Shown piece by piece: positions 23,000 through 36,170 of a stretch of DNA of 64,000 nt. The notes under the pieces were generated by a model. It saw only the letters and a list, made by a program, of their open reading frames with translations. It did not search any database and was not told where the DNA came from. The stretch lies in contig NC_058369.1 of assembly GCF_018350175.1 (NCBI RefSeq), positions 5,830,001 through 5,894,000 of the forward strand. Direction: 5' to 3'. This stretch comes from Felis catus (taxonomy: Eukaryota). The position numbers were made by a program, and so were the translations under genes. Position 1 is the first letter of the stretch. Every line of letters starts with the position of its first letter.

Positions 23000-25900
23000 G
23001 GGGCTGGTCCCGCTCCCATCAAGATGGCCCTTGGCTCCCTTTTGACTGGCTCTTCAGCGTCCCCTGCAATTCCGTACGAATTTTAGGGTCTGTTCTCCCA
23101 TTTCTGAAAAGCGTTCGTTGGTGTTCTGATAGGGATTGCACTGAATCTGTAGACAGTGTTACGTCTTCCATGGACGGGGAGAGGTCTTTCCAATTACCTA
23201 GGTTTTAATTCTTTAAGCGTATTTTGCAGTTCTCAGCCATAAGTCTTGTACTCCCTTAGTGTAACTTATTCTCAAGTATTTTATTCTTTTTGATGCGATT
23301 GTAAATGGAATCTTGCCATTTCCTTGTCAATGGCTCATTGCTATTATATAGAGTGCTACGTGGAATTTAAACACTTTTTTTAAAAAAATTCCCTTTAGCA
23401 TACAGCGTTCTCTTAGTTTCAGGTATACAATATAGTGACCGACCCCACCCCATTTACCCCAGATGGGTGGCGACCCTTGGGCCTCTGAAAAGCTACTGCA
23501 TTGGGGGGAGTCCCTAGGGTAGCACATAGAACTGCTCAAATTTTCTATTTCTTCTTGAGTCAGTTTTGGTGTTTGTTTCTGTGACTTTGTTTGTTGCACT
23601 CGGGCTATCTAATTTGTTGGCATTTGGTTATGCATAGAATTGTCTTACAAACTTTTACTTCTGTGAGATCCAGAGGTTTGTCCTCACTTCCATTTCTGAT
23701 TTTATTTAATTTTTTAAAATGTCTGTTTATTTATTTTGAGAGAGAGCATGAGGGGAAGGACAGACAGGGAGAGAGAGGATTCCAAGAAGGCTCTGTACTG
23801 CCAGTGGAGAGCCCGATGCAGGGCTCGAACTCACGAACTGTGAGGTCATGCCTGAGCCGCAATCAAGAGTCGGACGCTTAACCAACTGACTCACCCAGGT
23901 GTCCCTCATTTCCGATTTTCGTTATTTCCTCTTTTTTCCTTACCCTAGGTAGTTTGTCAATTTTGTCATAAAACTGTTGGTTTTGTTGATTTTCTCTGTT
24001 GTTTTATATTCTCTATTCCACTTATCTCCACTATAATCCTTATTATTTCCTAGCTTTGGGCGTAAGCTTACTCTCCTTTGTCTAGTTAAGGTATAAAGTG
24101 AAGTTATTGATTTAAGATCTGTCTTCTTTTTATTTTTATTTTTTTAACATTTATTTATTTTTGAGAGAGAGAGAGAGACAGAGCATGAACGGGGGAGGGG
24201 CAGAGAGAGAGGGAGACACAGAATCGGAAGCAGGCTCCAGGCTCTGGGCCATCAGCCCAGAGCCTGACGTGGGGCTCGAACTCACGGACTGTGAGATCGT
24301 GACCTGGCTGAAGTCGGACGCTTAACCGACTGCGCCACCCAGGCGCCCCTGTCTTCTTTTTTAATGTAGGCACTTATATTCCCTGAGTACTGTTTTGTTG
24401 ATTTTTTTTTTTTACATTTATTTATTTTTGAGAGACAGAGCACAAGTTGGGGAGGGGCAGAGAGAGAATGAGACACAGTATGCGAAGCAGGTTCCAGGCT
24501 CTGAGCTGTCAGCACAGAGCCCGACGCGGGGCTCAAACTCACGGACCGCGAGATCACGACCTGAGCCGAAGTCCGACGCTGAAACGACTGAGCCACCCAG
24601 GCGCCCCCCGAGCACTGTTTTGTTGTGTCTTCATTTCCATTCATCTGCAAGTATGTTTTAATTTCCCTTGTGATTTCTTCTTTGACTCACTGGTGTTCAA
24701 CAGTGTGTGGTGTAAGGCATCCAGATGGCCAACAGATCCACGAAAAGATGCTCGACGTCACTGATCATGAGGGAAATGCAAATCAAAACTACGATGACGT
24801 ATCACCTCATACGTGTCAGAATCGCTAAAATCAACAACACAAGAAACAGCAGGTGTTGGTGAGGATGTGGAGAAAGGGGAACCCTCGTGCACTGTTGGTG
24901 AGAATGCAAACGGGTGCGGCCGCTGTGGAAAACGGTATAGAGGTTCCTCAAAAAATTAAAAATAGAGTTAGCATATGATTCAGTAATTCCACTGCTGGGT
25001 ATTTACCCAAAGAATAGGAAAACACCAATCCAGTGTGTATCGCAGCACTGTTTACAATAGCCAAATTATGGAAAGAGCTCAAATGTCCACTGATGGATGA
25101 ATGGATAAAGAAGTGGTGTAGGAACCCCTGGGTGGCTCAGTGGGTTAAGCATCTGACTTTGGCTCAGGCCATGATCTCGCAGTTCACGGGTTCAAGCCCC
25201 GCCTTGGGCTCTGTGCTGACGGCTCAGAGCCTGGAGCCTGCTTTGGATTCTGTGTCTCCCTCTCTCTCTCTCTGCCCCTCCCCTGCTCGCACTCTGTTTC
25301 TTTCTCTCAAACATAAATGTTAAAAGATACATAAAAAAAAGAAGTGGCCGGGGCGCCTGGGTGGCTCAGTCGGTTAAGCGGCTGACCTTGGCTCAGGTCA
25401 TGATCTTGCGGTCCGTGAGTTCGAGCCCCGCGTTGGGCTCTGTGCTGACAGCTCAGAGCCTGGAGCCTGTTTCAGATTCTGTGTCTCCCTCTCTCTGACC
25501 CTCCGCCGTTCATGCTCTCTCTATCTCAAAAATAAATAAACGTTAAAAAAAAAAAAAGAAGTGGCCTATGTATATACAATGGACGATCACTCAGCCATTA
25601 AGAAGAATGAAATCTTTTCATTTGCAATGACATGGATGGAGCTAGAGAGTATAATGCTAAGCAAAGTAAGTCAAAGAAAGACAAATACCATATGATTTCA
25701 CTCACATGTGGCATTTAAGAAACAAAATAAATGAACAAAGAAAAAAAGAGACAAACCAAGAAATATACCCTTAACTACACAGAACAAACTGGTGGTTACC
25801 AGAGGGGAGGTGGGGGTGGGTGAAACAGGTGAAGGGTATTATGAATACATTTATCCTGATGAGCACTGAATAACGTATAGAATTGTCGGGTCACTATATT

Positions 25901-28212
25901 GTATACCTGGAAACTAAGAGAACACTGTATGCTAAAAGGAATTAAAAAGAAAAAGTGTTGTTTAAATTCCACGTAGCTGAGAATTTTCCAGGTTTCCTTG
26001 TGTCACTGATTTCTAGCTTCATTCCACTGTGGTCAGAGAAGATAATTTACACGATTTCAACCTTTAAAACATTTTTTAAATGTTTTTATTTATTTTTGAG
26101 AGAGAGACAGAGCATGAGCCGGGGAGGGGCAGAGAGAGAGGGAGACACAGAATCCGAAGCAGGCTCCGGGCTCTGAGCTGTTCAGCACAGAGCCCGACGC
26201 GGGGCTCAAACTCACAAACCGTGAGATCATGACCTGAGTCAAAGTCAGACACTTAACCGACTGAGCCACCCAGGTGCCCCTGATTTCAATCTTTTAAGAT
26301 TCATTGAGACTTGTTTTGTGGCCTGACATAGGGCCTATATTGGAGAATGTATTGCATGCATTTGAAAAGAATGTGTGTTCTGCGGTTGTTTGCTGGAATG
26401 TTCCAAATACATCTGTTAGGTCTGCTTACAACCAATATTGAAAATGGAGTACTGAAGTCACCAGCTATTATCGTAAAAGGGTCTATTTCTCCCTTCATGC
26501 TGCCCATGTTTGATTCATGTTTTCTGGGGCTCTATAGTTTGGTACATATATGTTTATCTATTTTTATTTTTAAACATTTAAAAAAAAAATTTAAGTACTC
26601 TCTTCACCCAACATGGGGCTTGAACCCACAACCCTGAGACCAAGAGTCGCGTGCTCCACCCACTGAGCCAGCCAGGTGCCCTGGTATGTATGTATTTATA
26701 ATTATTGTATTTTCTTTTTTTAAAAAAAAATTTTTTTTTCAACGTTCATTTTTGGGACAGAGAGAGACAGAGCATGAACAGGGGAGGGTCAGAGAAAGAG
26801 GGAGACACAGAATCGGAAACAGGCTCCAGGCTCTGAGCCATCAGCCCAGAGCCCGACGCGGGGCTCGAACTCACGGACCGCGAGATCATGACCTGGCTGA
26901 AGTCGGACGCCCAACCGACTGCGCCACCCAGGCGCCCCTAATTATTGTATCTTCTTAATAAACTGACCCTTTTATCAGCAAGTAATGTTCTTCTTTGTTT
27001 CTCATAACAATTTTTGACATAAAGTCTATTTTGTCTGATAGTACTTTAAATATGCCAGCTCTCTTTTAATTACGATTTACATGGAATTTCTTTTCCCCAC
27101 TCTTTCATTTCCACCTATTTGTGTCTTTGGATCTTTGTGTCTGATGCTCTTGTAGAAAGTATATAGCTGGGTCAGTCTCTTTTCTCCTCTGTCTGCCTTT
27201 TCTTTGGAGGGTTTAATCTACTTATCTTTGAGGTAATTACTGATAAGAAAGAACTTACTCCTGCTATTTTGTTATTTGCTTTCTTTTTTAACCTTATTTG
27301 TTTCAGAGAGAGTTCACGTGCAAGCAGGGGAGGGGCAGAAAAGAGATGCGGAGAGAGAGGATCCTAGGAAGGCTCTGCACAGTCAGCACTGAGCTGGACG
27401 TGGGGCTTGAGCTGATAAACCATGAGATCGTGACCTGAGCCGAAATCAAGAGTCAGGTGCTTAACCGACGGAGCCACCCAGGTGCCCCAGTGTAAGACAT
27501 ACCTTTAAAAGAAATAATAAAATAGGGGCCCCTGGGTGGGTCCGACGGTTAAGCATCTGACTCTTGATTTCGGCTCAGGTCGTGATCTCATGGTTTGTGA
27601 GTCCGAGCCTCACGCCGGGCTCTGCTCTGGTAGCAGGGAGTCTGCTTGGGATTCTGTCTCCCTCTCTGCCCCTCCCCCCTCATGCGGTCTCAGTCTCTCT
27701 CAAAATACATAAATAAATAAGCTCTTAAAAAAACAAAGGTATGTCTTACACCCATTTTTTCCCTTAATTTTTTCACTACTACTTTCTTTTGCATTTCATT
27801 GATTCTTTTTACACTGTACCATTTTGACTCCCACATTTCCTGTTCTGTCTATATTCAGTTATTTTCTTACTATTTACCTAAGATTACAATTAATATCTTC
27901 AACTTGTGACACTCCAGTTTGAATTAATAACCAGCTTGGCTTCAAGAGGATACAAAACTCTGCTCTTCCCCTTTATAGTGTTACTGTCACAATTACATCC
28001 TGATATATTCCATTCCCATTATCATACCTTTGCAATTCTTGCTTTAGGCTCTTGTTTCTGAAATCACACAGGAGGGAAAAAGAGTTGCAAACTAAAAGTA
28101 CAAGAACACCGGCTTTTATATTTACTTATGTAGTTGTCTTTCCGGTGCTATTTCCCATGTGGCTTCGAGTTGCTAGCTAGTGTTCATTTTAGCCTGAAGG
28201 ACTCCTTTCAGT

Positions 28213-28243
<31 letters not shown>

Positions 28244-30200
28244 GTAGGGTAGGTAGGCCAGCCACCGAGTCTCTTAACTTCGGTTTATCTGGGCGTATCT
28301 CTATTTCTCTTTCATTTTTTTATTAAATTTTTTTTAATGTTCATGTATTATTGAGAGACAGAGAGACACAGAGCGTGAGCAGGGGAGGGGTAGAAAGATG
28401 GGAGACACAGAATCCAAAGCAGGCTCCAGGCTCTGAGCTGTCAGCACAGAGCCTGACGTGGGGCTCAAACTCACAAACTTTGAGATCATGACCTGAGCCA
28501 AAGTCAGCTGCCCAACCCACTGAGCCACCCAGGCACCCCTCTCTTTCATTTTTGATGGATAGTTTTACTAGAGACAGAATTCTTGGTTGACAGGGTTTTT
28601 TTTTTTTCATTCAGCACTTTATTTTCTAGAAACAAATTTTTTAACGTTTATTTATTTTGAGAGAGAGAGAGAGAGGCAGAGAGAGAGAAGGGAGAGAGAG
28701 AATTCCAAGCAGGCTCCATGCCGTCAGCACAGAGCCTGATGCAGGGCTTGAACTCATGAACCATGAGATCATGACCTGAGCCGAAATCATGAGTTGGATG
28801 CTTAACTGACTAAGCCACCCAGGTGCCCCTCGTTCAGTACTTTAACTGTCATTCACTGTTGTCACAATATCCGGTGAAAAATCTGCTGTTACTGATTGGA
28901 GACCCCTTGTATGTAATGAGTCACTTCTCTCTCGCTACTTGACAGGTCCTCTTTGTCTTTATTTTTCAACAGCTCAATTATAATGTCCTGGTGTGGATCT
29001 CTTCCAGTTATCCTGCTAGGAGTTGGCTGAGCTGCTTGCACAGATGGATGACCGTTATTGAAGTCGGTAAGTTTTCAGCCATGGTGTCTCTGAATGGTCT
29101 TTCTCTTTTTCTCTCCTGCCTCTCGGATGCCCATGACTTTTCTAAAATATTTTTTAAAGACTGTATTTCTTGTTGTGTGTGGTCTCTGAAGCGTCAGTTC
29201 CTTTGGCTTCCAATCAGCTAATTGTTGGACAGAACTTTCTTAAATGCCTGAAAGAAGAAGACAGGAAGGACGAGGAGGGAAGAGAAGGAGGAAGGTGGAA
29301 GAGGCGAGAAAGAGGAAGAGGGCAGAATGGGAGAAAGGAAAGAGGAGAGAAGAGAGGAAAGGAGACAAACGTACTTTCCTGTTCTTTGCACGCTAGTCTG
29401 GGTTGGGGCGCTCCTGCAACACCAAGCCAGGTTGTTTACCAATCTGCCTTGGTCTTTACTTCCTGCTTGTGGTGAGCCTGACTGGGGGGAACACCTAGGG
29501 GTTTCTACAGTCTTTTCTGAGCATGCATCCGGACCTGGGCATGGGAGGCTTTTCAAAACCATTATTTCCCCCAAGTAACTCCTCCCAAGCAACTCCCCCA
29601 AGTAAGCTTCCACCCAAGTAACTCCTCACCCCAAGTAACTCTCCCCTCAAGTAATTCCCCAAAGTAACTCCAAGTAATGCCTCCCCCCAAGTAACTCCTC
29701 CCAAGTAACCCTCCCCCCAAGTAATTTCCCCCCAAGTAACTCCCCCAAGTAACTCCTCCCCCCAAGTAACTCTCCCCCAAGTAACTACCCCCCCAGTAAC
29801 TCCTCCCAAGTAACCCCCCCAAGTAACTCCCCCCAGTAACTCCTCCCAAGTAACCCCCCCAAATAACTCCCCCCCCCCCCCCCCCCCGTAACCCCTCCAA
29901 GTAACTCCTCCCCAGGTAACTTCCCCTCAAGTAACTCTGCCCCAAGTAACTCCCCCCCAAGTAACTCCTCCCCAGTAACCCCCCCTCCCCAGTAACTCCT
30001 CCCCAGCTCCTCCTCTCAGGCTTTCAGCACATCTATTGTTTGTCCCAGCTGTAATCTTGCCACCCCCCCCCCACCCCCCCCCGTGGGAACACCTTGCTCA
30101 TCTGCGTTCAGTGCGCTCAAGGAAGACCTTCCGCACAGTCCCTTCCTGCTTTGAGAGAGTTGCCACTGGGCAAGACAAAGGCCAGTGCCTTGTCATCGCC
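23000..30200 (-). mobile_element. Fragmented ancient L1 (ORF2, ORF1, 5' region) interrupted by more than 10 SINEs and a + strand L1 3' end (about 24715-25955)
   Basis: Minus-strand remnants GEIDPFTIIAGDFSTP (endonuclease-like, about 26450-26500), PKLTQEEIENL (about 23540) and KPCQPRILSLVKLSIKNE (ORF1-like, about 28550-28600). Confidence 0.75.
29566..30006. repeat. Minisatellite, about 29 units of 11-20 nt, core CCCAAGTAAC(T)
   Basis: Manual count of AGTAA-type cores separated by C-runs. Confidence 0.92.
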
Positions 30201-31750
30201 TCAAGGAACCCCCAGACGGGGCACACCAGGCACGTGCGGTTCCTCGGGAACAAGGGGTTTCTGTTTCGTTTCGCTTCGGGGGAAGGGGTAGCCAACGACT
30301 TTCTTTGAAAGAACGGTAAGGGTAAAAGAGGTGACGTGGACGTCCCCCTGCAGCAGAGAGAAAAGGGAAGGGCAAGCACAGCGGGCACACGCCGCCTGGC
30401 ACGGAAGCCACTCGCGCGGCCGTGGGGAGGCCCACCGGAGGCGCGGCTAGCGGCACTGTCCCGGGGCGTCCTCATCAAAAAGACACCCAGGGGCTCTGGG
30501 GCCCCAGCTGGCGCAAGCTGCTTAGGTACGCGGTCACCAATTCTTTGGCGGATTTCACTCTCTCGGCGCAGTTACGTGAGTGACTCGGCCATTTGCGCGG
30601 GGGCCGCTCTGCGCAGCTCTGGTTGTGAGCGGGGCACGCGTTCCTGCGAGCCTACCCCACGCGCCTCCGTGTCCAGCCTGCTCTCCCGGCCACCGCAGTC
30701 CGGCTTCCCGGCACCCTGAGGAAGGCTCGGCCACCCCGTGGGTCCTGAAGCTCCACCAGCTCCTCAGCACCCTCCCCCCCCACCGTGAGGTTGGCGAGGA
30801 AGATCGATCGGGTCACCGTTCCTCAGAGCCAAGGCTGTGGATGGGCGGATGCGGGAGGCACGGGGCCCCGGGTGGATCCGCTGGCAGGCCTAGCCTCCGG
30901 GTCCCGCAGGGGGGCCTGGAGTAGGGGGACACTGTAGTAGTCACGGCAGGTGGCTTAGGAGGGCTGGTGGCCGCGCAGCCCTGGATCTGCACGGCAGGGG
31001 CCTTGGCGTGGTCAAGGGCACTGCCAGCAGGGGTCAGGACTCTTGGACTGGGACGGCCTGAGGACCACACCTGCTTCGTGAGTGCCTGTCACGTGCCAGG
31101 CACTGTTCCAGAGTGTAAGGTGGTCGGCTGGCTACATGCCGGGTCCCGTCCTGAGGAACTTTTATATCCACCGATGTGACAGCGGAGTCGGTCATGTGCC
31201 CAAGGAGTCAGGGCTGACTGCAGCACGCCAGCACCCCCCGGCCACTGGGCTGTGCGGTCCCTCGGTTAAAAAAGAAGGGACGGGTCAGCCGAGGAGCCCG
31301 AAAGCCCTGCGGGGCCCCAGGCTGCACCCGAGTTGACCGCAGCAGGGAGTCAGGACAGGGCGGCTGGGTGGCTGGGCGGCTGGACGGCCTGGTGCTCGGC
31401 CGAAGCTGCTCCGCGTCTCTCCCACGGCTGCCTACAGAGGCCGGTCACCAGGCGTGTGTTTGGGTGCCGCGGGGCGGGGCTGTGTCCGGAGGTGAGTGGC
31501 AGCTTCTTCCGAGGCTGCCTGCCGGTGCCAGCCAGTGCCGGCCAGCACGGAGGCAAGGCCTGGTCCTCCAGGGGCTTCAGGGGTGGGGCCCGCAGAGGGC
31601 TAAGGTGTGCCGACGGGTCCAAAGCCGACGGGGAGTCCTGCGAGTGCCGAGTCTGGATGATGGGACCCGTTGGGTCACCTCCTGTACGCGCGAGCTCTTG
31701 TGGGCTTCGAGCTGAGTGATCAGTGCCCCTCCTCCAGCGTCACCGAGACA
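30200..31750. promoter_or_regulatory. Orphan CpG-rich island, intergenic
   Basis: High GC and CpG content between L1 and LTR remnants; no recognisable repeat or coding signature. Confidence 0.5.
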
Positions 31751-31837
31751 AAGAGACCCGAGCACCCACTCCCCCTGCCTCCTTTGTACCCCATTTTCTC
31801 CTCTCTGCCCATCTCCAGTGACAGATCTGTCCCTCAG

Positions 31838-32545
31838 TGTTTTAAATGTCGGTTTTATTATTATTCAGGTATGGTGAGGCCAACAGATCAAGAGACAGTT
31901 GCCATCGGAAAGACAGTTGGTGGGTGACTCGGTCGGTTAAGCGCCCATCTCCTGATTTCGGCTCAGGTCATGATCTCACAGTTTGGTGGGTCTGAGCCCC
32001 TCATCAGGCGCTGCGCTGACAGCGTGGAGCCTGCTTGGGATTCTCTCTCTCCCTCTTTCTCTGCCCCTCCCCTGCTCGTGTGCACGCTCTTTCAAAATAA
32101 GTAAACTTTTTTTAAACAGTTACTCACAGATCCCACGAGGAGGGCACACAGCACACCATGCGGGGCCCCACAGGGAAGCACCAGGGGCTGGCAGGAGGCA
32201 GAGACGTGGGCAGGAGCCTTTACTGTGGTTTCTACAGGACGAAAAGGCAAGGTGGACAGATTTGGGATTGGCTACTTTGAATCATCTCAGTGGGCTCTGG
32301 GGTGGAGGGGCAAACCTAGTTGTCGGGGACCTGGCCCCGGGGAGATCAGGGCAAGTGGACCCTGCCTCTTGGCACGAGGCCACCTGCTAGGCAGGGGCTC
32401 TGATTGGCTGCTTTGCACACATAGGTGCTGTGGCAGGCGAGGGCTGTGTTATCTCTAGGAACTAGCCCGGCCTGGGCAAGGCGGTCCCTCCCGGAGCAGC
32501 GAGGCCCCAAGATGTCAAAGCATCAGAATATAGAAAAGAAAAACT
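31838..32545 (-). mobile_element. ERVL-type solo LTR (MER74-like) interrupted by a CAN-SINE (about 31918-32105)
   Basis: tgttttaaatgtcggttttattattattcaggtatggtgaggcc is the reverse complement of the end of the 20548-21212 element. Confidence 0.65.
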
Positions 32546-33389
32546 GGAATTGACACAGTCCTCACCCCTCGGCTCTCACTGCCCACTCTCCCCTCTCACC
32601 TGTCTCTGCAGCCGCCCCCTTCGGCAGTGGATAAACACCAGCGATGTGTCTCTGGTCTCCTCGACCCAAAGCAGTGCGGCATCGCTGACCCTTCCTGCCT
32701 CACTGTCCCCATCACCTCCCACTTCTGGACTCCTGGCTCACAGGCCCCTGGTGGCTCCGCTGTGGCTCCTGCCTGCTTTTGCTGCACAGGTACACCTGCT
32801 TTGTGTCCTTCTCCCCTCCTCTCCGTCATCTCTGAGACAAGAGCATTTTCTCAAGGTTCTGTCCCTGATCCCTTTCTCTGGGCTCAGGCTGAGGCCACAC
32901 AACAACCCCCCTTTGGTATTTTAGCTGCTGATGAAAGGGCTGTTGGTGCCTCATGGGCCATGTATCCACTTGTGAATCCCTGGATGCAATATTCACTTGC
33001 CCTTTGACATTGGCTATAAAAGTCAAAGATGTCTCCTCCTGGGGATGGGGGAGAAAAGAACTGGGCCCGGGACACCTGGAAGAACATGGGAAGCTTTTCA
33101 AAGTCTGCAACGTGAAGCAAAGACTGGGGCTTTTTAGTCTTTTTAGGTGTAACTTTTGGGGGTGTGGGGTGGGAGAAAAACATGGTCATTTTGTCTGCCA
33201 TCATCTCAGTGTTCTCAGCCTGAGAAAGCCTGATGCACCCAAGCCCTGACCCCCAACCTTCACGCGAGTCTTTGGCATCTAGTGGGAGAGACAGCAGCCT
33301 CCGGATACAACACAGCTCGTACCCCAAGAGAGGCAGGTGCCAGCCCGACCGCCCAGTGGCCCTCCTGGCTCCGGCTCCAGAGTGCACAC

Positions 33390-33872
33390 CTATCCAGGTT
33401 CCCTGTCGCGGCTACAACAAATGACCTCAGCCACGGTGGCTTAAAGCAACACAGATTTATGAGCCTGCAGTCCTAGAGGGCACAAGTCCTAAAATCAAGG
33501 TGTTGGCAGGACCAAGATCGTCCCAGAGGCTTTGTGGCCGATCTGTGTCCTCACCTCCTCCGCCTTCTAGAGTGGCCTGCACGCCCCGACTCATGGCCTT
33601 CCTCCTCCTGCAAAGCCAGCCATGAAGCACCTTCTGGTCTCTGCCTCTGCAGCCTGCTTCTGTCGCCACTCTCCTTCTCTGACCCTCTGGCCTCCCTGTC
33701 CTCAGGACCCTTGTGATGACATGGGGCCACCTGGATAATCCAGGATCATCTCATCTCCAGAGCCTTAACCACATCTGCAGAGTCCCTTTTGCTATGTAAG
33801 GTGACATATTCTCAGGTTCTGGGGATCAGGACAATGGACATCTTGTGGGGGGGAGCATTATTCTGCCTGCCG
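33390..33872 (-). mobile_element. MLT1-like MaLR LTR
   Basis: ggtggcttaaagcaacac...aaatcaaggtgttggcagg...ggataatccaggat...gtaaggtgacatattc. Confidence 0.75.
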
Positions 33873-35555
33873 CAGCACCCATGGGGGTCACACTTCTAAG
33901 ACAGGTACCCACGGAACACTTCTTCAGGGAAGGGATATGTGGACCCAGTTCTGGAAAATAGTGGGTCACCCAGATGTGATCTGAAGGCCTTTGACATCAG
34001 CCCGAGAAGCCAGGCAAGGGAAACCCCTTTCCAGGCTCAGTTCTGCAAAGTGAGGGATTCTCACCCGGGGCAATTCTGCCCCCAAGGGACACCTGGCAAC
34101 GTCTGGAGAGAGAGGTGGTTGTCACCGCAGGAGAGGAGGGACGCCCCCTCACCACAAAGAATCCTCGGGCCCAATGGCCAGTGCCCCTACAGCACAGCTA
34201 CTAGCACCTGTCTCCTGGCCAGGTCTCCAAACCCTGAGGGGCTCCACCACCCCCTTGGAGGGTTTCTGCTCCATGACCTTTGGCCTCTGACACCAGTCCC
34301 GCCTTTCTTGAGAAAAGCAGTTTTCAGTTTCTCCTGACCCTTGGCCTGCACTGGGTACATTTGAGTGGGTTGGACACTCCTAGCTGGGGAATTTGAAGGC
34401 CCAGGAAGAAGAGGATGGAACAGGAGCAGTGCTTTCCACCCACCCCACCCCACCCCTCCCCACCCCTCCCCACCCCTCCCCACCCCACCCCTCCCCAGGC
34501 TGACTGCCCTGGCCTCTGGGTCCCCATGCTGGGAAAGTGAGGCAGATGGTGTGCTAAGGACACTGGTCACTGGGTGGGGACTAAGCTAGTTCACTCACGC
34601 AGCACAGGGCAGCAGGTGACAGACCCGGGACAAAAGGAGGGGGTTGGGGGTGAGCTGTCCCCCTCCAGCTCCTTGTTGCTGCTGCCCTGTAACACGGTCA
34701 GCGACACCCCTGGAGTCAGATGTGTGGTCACTGGGCCGGGGCAGGGGTGCAAGGGCCCCCAGCTTCGGGGGCCTGATTTGCTGGTGGGGGCGGGGCTAGA
34801 GGCAGGCCCTGCCAGAACACGATCAGCCCAGGCTAGGGTCTTGGAAGGGCCTGCTTCTTGTCCATTCGGCCAGCAAACCTTTGACACCTGCCGGGTGCCG
34901 GGCCCCGTGCTGGGCAGCGGGGGTGACAAGACTCAGCCGGTCCCTCAAGGGGCCACGGTGACCAGGGAGAGCAGGGCTCGTGCTGGTGACTGCTTACCTG
35001 AGCTAGACCCCGTGCCGGGGGTCTCACCGCTGCTTTCTTAGTGGCATGGTGGTGGGGGTAGGGGGACAGACTTACTGCCCTTCTAGGGGAAGGGCCGGGG
35101 CATGTTGGCCAGGGAGGAGGGAGGCGGAGGTCTGGGCCGAGCAAGCCCCCGTGCAGCAGTACAGAGAGGGGGAGGAAGGAAAGCCTGTGTCCGTGGGGGC
35201 TCCCCTCGGTGTGAGACCGAGAAGACCCTTGCTCCTGGGGATAGGAGGGTTGCTCTGGGAAGATGGCCGGACCCCACTTTTACTCCTTGCTGCCCGTAGC
35301 TAATCTGGCCGGCCTCTGTGGACTTCCATGTGGCTGCTCTCTGGGCTGGAGTCCCTGATGTATGGCTCCCCATCCCCCCACCGGGGCCCCAGGTCAGCCC
35401 CATCCACAGAGAATGGGGTGTCCAAGCCCCAGAATCCTGCTTCCTGAAGCGTGGAAGGCTGGGCGGTGCCCACAGATGACGAGGGGCCGCCTGAGCTCCT
35501 GGGCCAACCCCTGCGGGAACCCGGGGGGCTGTGGCACAAATCACACACTTCCCTA

Positions 35556-36170
35556 GTGTTGTGGACTGAATGGTGTCCCCACGTCCGGAACTCATGTGTC
35601 ACAGCCCCACCCTGCAGGACCTCAGAATGTGACTGTGTTTGGAGAGAGGGCCTCTAAAGGAGGTGATCAAGTTAAAATGAGGCCATCAGGGTGGGCCCTG
35701 ATCCAGTATGACTGGTGTCCTTACAAAAAGGGGAAATTAGGACACAGATGCGCACCGAAGACCGTGTGAGGACACGGGGGGTGGAGGGGGGGGGAAGGCG
35801 GCCATCTGCAGGCCAAGGAGGGACGCCTCAGAACAAACCAGCCCTGCCCACACCTGGATCTTGGGCTTCTGGCCTCCAGAACGAACCAGGAGGAAATATT
35901 TTTTTAAACGAGAAGAAGACTGTATTTAAAACATACCATCAGATACATATAATAGTATCAACCATTTATTTAGGGGCACCTGGCGTGTGACTCTCGATCT
36001 TGGGGTTGTGGGTTTGAGCCCCAGGATGGTGTACAAAGGACTCAAAAATGAAATCTTTAAAAATACAACCAAAAACATTTATTTGATGCTTTCAACGCAA
36101 GGAAATAAATTTGTTGTTCATAAACCACCCAGACCGGGCTGCCTGGTTATGGCCGCCAGAGCAAACACTA
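35556..36170 (+). mobile_element. MLT1-like MaLR LTR (interrupted)
   Basis: tgttgtggactgaatggtgtcccc...gtgggccctgatccagtatgactggtgtcctta...ggcctccagaac. Confidence 0.75.

Noticed and set aside
26301..26507. Endonuclease-like peptide (IAGDFSTP)
   Set aside because: Decayed L1 ORF2 remnant broken by stops and SINEs.
29562..29960. Minus-strand ORFs with GSYLG/VTWG repeats, and a CRISPR-like look of the array
   Set aside because: These are translations of the minisatellite; there are no unique spacers, no cas genes, and the DNA is mammalian.
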